A stretch of 64,000 nucleotides of DNA. It comes from the human T2T-CHM13v2.0 reference genome, Homo sapiens. The notes beneath the pieces are model-generated. The model worked only from the letters and a program-made list of their open reading frames with translations, had not been told where the DNA came from and made no database searches. A program made the translations under genes and the position numbers. Shown here in pieces: positions 56,489 to 64,000 of this stretch (its first letter is position 1; each line of letters begins with the position of its first letter). The stretch lies in the NCBI RefSeq assembly GCF_009914755.1, contig NC_060945.1; one strand, 5' to 3'.

Positions 56489-58330
56489 CAGGGTGCCAAC
56501 TATTTTGGTAAAATATCAGATAGTAAAAGTTTTAGGCTTCATTGGCCAAAAGGCAAAATTGAGGATATCATATGTCTGCTTATATATCAAACAAGAAGAC
56601 ACATTTCCATATTTTTGTTGACCAGAATAAAAACATAATAATAATTAGACTTATAATATGAATCTACTGATAAAAACAACTGAATTCTTTACTGGGAAAT
56701 AGCATTTTGCTTAATTGAGATTCAGGGTTTATTTTACCTATCATCAAAATTGATTGCAAATGCTCATCTGTTAATACTCATCTATAATGAAATTTTACAT
56801 ATTTTATCTTTGATTTTTTTTTTTTGACATGGAGTCTCACTCTGTTGCCCAGGCTGGAATACCGTGGTGTAATTTCGACTCACTACAGCCTCCACCTCCC
56901 GGGTTCCAGTAATTCTCCTGCCTCAGCTTCCAGAGCAGCTGAGATTACAGGCATGCACAACTACACCCAGGTAATTTTTGTATTTGTAGTAGAGACGGGT
57001 CTACACCATGCTGGCCAGGCTGGTCTCAAACTCCTGACCTCAGGTGATCCACCTACCTTGGCCTCCCAAAGTGCTAGGATTACAGGAATGAGCCACTGTG
57101 CCCGGCCTGATATTGTTTTTAACACAGAGATACTGCCAAATATTGATATCAGTTCATAAGCATATTATTATAATTGAGCACATAAAACATTTGGAAGGTA
57201 TTCTACTAGATTCTTCTCTTGATATTTGCCTTTTAGCATATCATTATATTATTATATTGCAGTTGTCACTTCCAGTTAAAGGTTAGGTAGGAGTTTCTCA
57301 ATTGTATAATTACATTCATTTTGAAATATTAAATTTTCTTTAATAGCTACATCAATTTTCAAATACCAGTCCTGAAACTGTAGTTTGAACTCAGAGAAAA
57401 TACATTTTACTGCAAATTTGCATGGGAATGAAGAACAACCTTTTTGTTATAAGTTATGAAAGCACAGAGAGAATGTACAGCAGATTGGCATTTTGCTAAA
57501 TGATTTATTGTTTAGTTGTTGAAATTACATTATAGTAGTCAACACTTTCCATGTAAGCACTATTCTGCTTTGTAATTTTTGAATTAGTTTTGATAAATAT
57601 CTACAAATGTTTACAATAAAAGCTAATTTCAAAGCGTTTCAATGAAGTGATTGGGGTGATTCTTCTTTAGAAAAATTTCAATCACGTCGATCTGTCCAAA
57701 TAATTAGTATAAAATGTTACCACTGCTAAACGACCTAATTATTATGCAGGTAGGTTAGGATTCTTCAATTTTCCATAAAAATATTTATAGAATTGACAAT
57801 GGTTACATAGACAAGGATAAATGAAGTTCACATGATAGATTCAAACATTTTCTTCAACTAGATGCTGGTAATAGGGAATAACAAAAGATTTTATATACCT
57901 TGCATTTTCACATACTATAAATTTTTCCAATTACGTACTTTTTGATGCACATACATTTTTACCACCAATATTTGTAAACCATCTTAGCAGATTCCATTTC
58001 TGGATGTACGAAATCAGTTTTAACTTGACATATTTGAAAAAAATTCAAGTGAGAATATTTTCACTTGAATTTTTTCCTTGTAGACTACAAAGAGAAATTA
58101 ATTCTTCAAATACTTCAAACTGGTCATTAACCTACTGAAAAATCGATCACAGTTGAAGAGTGTTAATAATACCTCTCAACTCATCAAGTACCATGGACCA
58201 CCACCCTAAGTCATATCCTTTACTTTTATTTAAAATAATTATATAATATTCTGCTCTAAATTTCATCTTGAATGAATTCGATAGCTATTCTTGTATACTT
58301 GGCATATGTCATGCTCCTTTGTTTTTCAAC
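56489..58330 (-). mobile_element. Cheshire (hAT-Charlie) DNA transposon, long degenerate copy with transposase remnants; interrupted by an Alu
   Basis: Starts with the MER58B/Cheshire terminus (cagggtgccaac...cagatagtaaaagttttaggctt...ggcaaaattgaggatat). Minus-strand translation gives hAT motifs WSMVLDE (58180-58200), WNLLRWFTNIGGKNVC (~57950-57996) and KYVKFHYR*VLTDEHLQSILMIG (~56735-56805). Right boundary approximate. Confidence 0.8.
56814..57107 (-). mobile_element. AluSx/Sz
   Basis: Full-length antisense Alu with ctcctgacctcaggtgatcc. Heavy CpG decay. Confidence 0.93.
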
Positions 58331-58425
58331 ATTGAAATTTCATTTATATCTGGAAAATAAGACTTACCTATGAGGTTAAGGGACTTATATATTGTGAGTT
58401 AAGAAAGTCATTTTTAGAAAAATTC

Positions 58426-58719
58426 CGCCGGGCTCGGTGGCTCATGCCTGTAATCCCAGCACTTTGGGACGCAGAGGCGGGTGGATCATGAGGTCAGAAG
58501 TTCAAGACCAGCATGGACAAAATGGTGAAACCCCATCTCTTCTAAAAAGACAAAAATTAGCCAGGCGTGGTGGCAGGCACCTCTAATCCCAGCTACTTGA
58601 GAGGCTGAGGCAGAGAATTGTGTCAACCTGGGAGGCAGAGGTTGCAGTGAGCCAAGACTGTGCCACTGCATTCCAGCCTGGGTGACAAAGTGAGACTCCA
58701 TCTCAAAAAAAAAAAAAAA
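58426..58719 (+). mobile_element. AluSg-family
   Basis: ggatcatgaggtcagaagttcaagaccagc and ggcagagaattg; A15 tail; short TSD-like aaaaattcc/aaaaatcc. Confidence 0.92.
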
Positions 58720-58832
58720 TCCACATTCTTAAAATCCAGGGCAAGTTCCTCTGCTTTAAATTTGGCCATTTGATTCTTTCATATGGGACTTTGTAGCTGG
58801 GCAAGTGATTCAATGGTTTAGAAATAGTTTGA

Positions 58833-59168
<336 letters not shown>

Positions 59169-60152
59169 TGTATATCAAATTTTTGAAGAAATCTCTATTC
59201 TTTTTTAGATCTTTTCGAGAAACAGCCCTTGGTACTAATGTAAGTATCATGGAACCCATGTAACCAGAATATTTATTTCTCTCAGTCAGTATGACATTAT
59301 CTGATCCACAAAGTATAAAGACAGGCATTACTAGTAGCCCTTCATCATCAAGTCCACTTAGAGAACCCTAACATAGTCTCTTAAAATTGACTATGATTGT
59401 TTTAAGAGAAAGAAAAAAAAAGTTCCAGCAGGGCTTCCATTTTATTCTGCAGAGTGTGTTTATTCCAAAAAGGGATGTTACTAAAGTAGGATAAGAATAT
59501 AAATGTTTCCCATGGAGAGATTTGGTATAGAACATCTTCACTGTTCACTTTGGTATAGAGGAGTAAGTCACAAGGTTAGGACCTATACCAATAAATAAGC
59601 AATGGCAAATAAATGCACTGGATTCATGTGACATTCACAGATAATAGCCTAAGTTGCATTTTTGTCTTCTGTAAATTAACCATAATTATCATAAAGAAAA
59701 CCATCTTCCAGCTTAAAAAAAAATGTGTCTCTCAGGGCCCATTGTAGCCAATACTACTAGGAGACATAGTTATACCAATGAAATATAAACAAAAAGCACT
59801 GGATAAGCATTTTTGGAATACTCTTTTAAATATACCTAGTTGACTGGCATGTACTATTTTTCCCAGGTCTAGAAAATAGGTGCAATATTTAAGTGGAAGA
59901 GCCTTTCTCAGACTATGAAGCAACAAACTGCAGTCAAATGGTGGTTGAATATAATTTTATGGAGAGTGTAAGGGTTTTATACTCATGGAACTGTTCTAAA
60001 TATACTGGCATACTTTCACTTAAAATGTCAAATTTATTTAAACCATGTTTTATTTAGATTTAATTTTACTTACAGCTCTTGTATCATATGGACAGTAGGA
60101 TAGATCTAACTAAATATGACACACAGAATAATTTGGATTTATTTTCTTCACC

Positions 60153-60447
60153 TTTTTTTTTTTTTTTTTGAGACGGAGTCTCACTCTGTCGCCAGGCTGG
60201 AGTGCAGTGGCACGATATCGGCTAACTGCAACCTCTGACTCCCTGGTTCAAGTGATTCTCCTGCCTCAGCCTCCCAAGTTTCTGGGATTACAGGCACGCG
60301 ACACCACACCCAGTTAATTTTTCTATTTTTAGAAGAGACAGGGATTCACCATTTTGGCCAGGATGGTCTCGATCTCCTGACATTGTGATCCACCCACCTC
60401 AGCCTCACAAAGTGCTAGGATTACAGGTGTGAGCCACCGCACCCAGC
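60153..60447 (-). mobile_element. AluSc5
   Basis: Diagnostic cctctgactccctggttca and tgtcgccaggc (1-bp Sc deletion). TSD tttcttcacc (60143-60152 / 60448-60457). Confidence 0.9.
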
Positions 60448-60457
60448 TTTCTTCACC

Positions 60458-60627
60458 CTTTTGCTTTCTGCCATGGCATTATGTATCAAGAAGGCCCTTG
60501 AAAGTTTTACCAGCCCTTTCACCTTGGACTTCCTGGTCTCTAGAATGGTGAGAAATAAATTTATGTGGTTTATAATTTACATAGTCTCAGGTATTCCATA
60601 ATAGCAGCACAAAATGAATACATGCAT
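60458..60627 (+). mobile_element. MaLR LTR 3' part (MSTD/MSTC-like)
   Basis: caagaaggccct...cttggacttcctggtctctagaatggtgagaaataaattt...agtctcaggtattccataatagcagcacaaaatg. Confidence 0.75.
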
Positions 60628-61530
60628 AGACAATGATAAATAATAACAAATGTTTTGAAAGCTGTTTATTTTTTGGAGGGGGATCAGCTACTCTGTGACA
60701 TCACAAAAATAATTACAGATTGATTACAAAACAGTTGTGGAATATTACTTCAGAGGTCATAAACCTTAGAATTGTATGGGTAATTAAAACTAGTCTGGTT
60801 TGCCAAATTAGGATATTTTAATGGCTTTTAGTATGTTACATTAACTTTTGAGAAGGCTACGTTTTAATATTATATAAAAATATTACAATTTGAAAAATGC
60901 TAAACAGGATAAAATGCTACCATGTTTTTCAAATAGTTATCTGTTTCTTTCCAGGGCCATATAGCTTCATCATAGTAATCCCCAGCCCAAAATAAGTAGC
61001 CAGTGAGTCACTAAGAAAAACTGGAGTACTAAGGCTGCCTATTGGGAGATGATCAATCTATCAACAAGAACTTATTATCTTGTTGAAAGTCATTGACATT
61101 TAATGAGATATGACATAATGATATTCCACCAAATACAGTAAAATTTGACAGATTAATCTGGGGAATTTGACATCTTAGTAATGATGATTTTTTTCATCCC
61201 ATCTGTTATAATTACCATATATTGTGTAATACAAATTTAGACGTACTGCTTTAGCTGCCTTTCACAAGTTTCAAGAAGTAATATTTACATACTGAGTTCT
61301 AAGGAATTTTATTTGTATTATTATTTTTGTATGTGCTCATTAAATTTTTATGTCCAAAGGGTCTTTTGTTATTTTACTATTGTTACTAATGTCTATAGTG
61401 ATAACAATATGGCTGAAAAATAAGGCCTACGATACTAATTTTTTAATAAGATATGACCAGCACATGATTACTTATCCAAATATATCATGGGTTTTTGAAA
61501 TAATGTATATGCTTTAGTTTGGAAGGGCTG

Positions 61531-61899
61531 TGATATGGTTTGGTTCTGTGTCCCCACCCAAATCTCATCTCGAATTGTATCCCCAGGTGTTGAGGGAGGG
61601 ACCAAGTGGGAGGTGATTGGACCATGGGGGGAGATTTGCCCTTTGCTGTTCTCCTGATAGTGAGTGAGTTCTCAGGAGATCTGATGGTTTAGAAGTGTGG
61701 CACTTCCCCCTTCACTCTTTCTCTTTCTCCTGCCTCTGTGGGAAGATGTGCCTTGCTTCCCCTTTGCCTTCCACCACGATTGTAGGTTTCCTGAGACCTC
61801 CCCAGCCATGCAAAACTGTGAGTCAGTTAAACCTCTTTTCTTCATAAATTACCCAATCTCAGATAGTTCTTTGTAGTATTGTGAAAACAGACTAATACA
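61531..61899 (+). mobile_element. MSTA (ERVL-MaLR) solo LTR, full length
   Basis: tgatatggtttggttctgtgtccccacccaaatctcatctcgaattgta...cagactaataca. Perfect 5-bp TSD GGCTG (61526-61530 / 61900-61904). Confidence 0.93.
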
Positions 61900-62259
61900 G
61901 GCTGCATTCCATGTATTTTATTCAGCTTAAACATGTTAATTTTGTTGTTAAAATTTTTATACATATATTGAACTATATATGCATTTAGTCTGTCATTGAC
62001 ATAGCTATCCTTGTTCTATCATTTTTGCTTTGTATATTTTTAAGCTCTTTTATTACTGTAAATTTAAAACAAATATATCTAATATGTACTAAAACTTTTT
62101 GAGTCTGTATTGGTCTTGATCTTGAGTTACAGGTTTTGTTTTGGTTTGCACTCATAATTGTTTTGCCTTAAACTTATTTTACTTTTGACCATCTTTAAGC
62201 ATTAGAAAGTTTTTTTTTAAAATAGTGTACATTTGGATTTTTTTTATTTAGTCCGATAA

Positions 62260-62350
62260 TTTTTTTAATTTAGAGACAGGGTCTTGCTAGATTGTCCAGG
62301 TTGGGCATAACCTTCTGGGCTCAGGCAATTCTCTTACCTTAGCCTGTCTC
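62260..62350 (-). mobile_element. FLAM/old Alu monomer fragment
   Basis: tagagacagggtcttgctagattgtccaggttgg...ctgggctcaggcaattctcttaccttagcct. Confidence 0.65.
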
Positions 62351-62631
62351 ATAGTCTTCAGCTGTGAAACTGTCTTTAGACATGAAACTCAATTGGCAAT
62401 GTTTTTTTCTTAGAGGGAATTTTTAAGGCATTTTTACCATTAATATTTTTAAAATAGTTAATATTTTCATCTATTTCTATAATTTTATGTTTTGCTTTAT
62501 TTTACATCAATTTTCATATTGTTTATTTTTTAAATTTTGGCTTATTTTAGAGTGATAGTTATAGGTTGGTTTTTAATTTATTTGGCCCCAGCCCCAAATC
62601 TGAGGATTGGCGTTTTTAAACAATTCTGAGA

Positions 62632-62895
62632 AACAATCATTCTGATGTGGGCTTCGACTTCATTTACATAGAGTGTACACCAAGTAACCAATGGGAAACC
62701 ACTAGAGGGTTTCCTCAGAAAACTCTGTAATCGGGCTCTTGAGCACCTTTTCTCAGGCCAGCTCCTACCCTGTAGAGTGTACTTTCATTTTCAGTAAATC
62801 TCTGCTTTTGTTGCTTCATTCTTTCCTTGCTTTGTGCATTTTGTCCAGTTCTTTGTTCAAAACGCCAAGGAGCCGGACACGCTCCACCGGTAACA
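62632..62895 (+). mobile_element. MER51-family ERV1 LTR, 3' half
   Basis: cttcatttacatagagtgtacaccaagtaaccaatgggaaacc...ttctttgttcaaaacgccaagg...ctccaccggtaaca (canonical end). Confidence 0.8.
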
Positions 62896-64000
62896 ATTAG
62901 ATTGTGTCTCTAGAAACTTAGTGGAGACTTTTAGCTTTTATTTTTGATTTCTACTCAATATTATTGTCAATATGGGCAAATACATTATCTTTCGTTTTTG
63001 TTAACAAGTGGGCATTTTTGTGCACTCAGGAGATCATTCCCTGTGGGGTCTCGTCTCTAAACAACTAACCTTTCACCCTTTGTAGGTTCCAGGTTTGGTA
63101 GTTTATCTCTCAATTTGTGCAAAAAAAAAAAAAAAAGAAAAGGAAAAAAATATATATATACCCACTAAGATTCAGTTCTAGGCCAAAAGTATTCAACAGA
63201 TGTTCTCAGTGTTAATACCAGTTACAGTACTATCTTACTTCTCTGCATTTGTGTTTTTTATTGTTATTATGATTTATGGCCTTTATTTTTATCTATTCAG
63301 GTAAGCGTTTTGGTTTTCTTAAGCCATCCTATGTCTCTGTTTAGACTTTAAATATGTCGTAACTTTTTGCATATAGAAATTCAAAAACATGACAAGTTCT
63401 TTTTTTGTAAGCTAGATATTTACCATGTCTTTTTATATGTTTGTTTTGAATTTTCATGTTATCCTTCTCCTATGTATGCAATGCCTATATACACAAACAT
63501 AGGAGGGCCAATATAATAATGCATTGTTAACATTTTACCAAACCTCCCCCTAGAAATTATTTTTCCCATAATACTTATTGAGGTGAAAGCATAAAAACTA
63601 GTTTAAGATTAAACAGTTATTAAGTGGCAGAAACTGCATGCTGAACTCTTTGTACCTAAACAAATAGTGGACTCATCCAACTACACCATAAAAAGACATG
63701 TCAAAATATTATAAAATTATAAAGAGCTATATATTGGGAAATACTCTAAAGAAGGAGGTAATAAAATGCGAACTGGGTGTATTCAGATCTCATTTATAAT
63801 TTTGAGAAAATGGCTTCATATTACAGTGAAAAAATTTTGTTAATTACCCAATATAAATGTTGTCAAATAAACTGGATATTTGCTTTAAAATGTATCAATT
63901 TAGTTATAATTTATAATTATAATTTATCAATTATTATTTTAATTTACAGTTTAGGAACTAATTGTACTAAAAATAAATTATAAATTGTTTCCAGAATTTC

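Noticed and set aside
62624-62632. TTCTGAGAA GAS/STAT motif suggesting an interferon-inducible MER41 enhancer
   Set aside because: The adjacent LTR matches MER51, not MER41, and a single 9-mer is uninformative.
63295-63306. Strong donor CAG|GTAAGC (also an acceptor-like site near 55300)
   Set aside because: Isolated splice-like motifs with no convincing partner site or open frame.

Overview
Human (or great-ape) pericentromeric or acrocentric-type boundary. Bases 1-32790 are one uninterrupted, single-orientation, diverged Human Satellite 3 array: (CATTC)n rich in CACTC variants. It carries a single ~60-bp Alu 3'-end fragment of the kind known from the DYZ1 unit and at least three sub-domains with different degenerate higher-order periods. 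At 32791 the sequence switches abruptly to AT-rich, gene-poor, euchromatin-like DNA full of ordinary mammalian repeats: L1MB/L1MC, L2, MIR, eight Alus plus a FLAM, ERV1/ERVL/MaLR LTRs and a long Cheshire hAT transposon. I find no supportable protein-coding gene, RNA gene or new gene system; the long ORFs in the track are satellite or Alu artefacts. The most interesting unexplained structure is a set of template-switch scars in the flank: a 74-bp near-perfect fold-back inverted repeat (35758-35939), a multi-segment locally templated insertion inside an L1MB with 16-bp inverted ends (37741-38339), and a 38-bp palindrome inside the Cheshire transposase. There is also a pristine 5'-truncated AluYa5 that may be polymorphic. 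Repeat subfamily names come from recalled consensus sequences and need RepeatMasker/Dfam confirmation.
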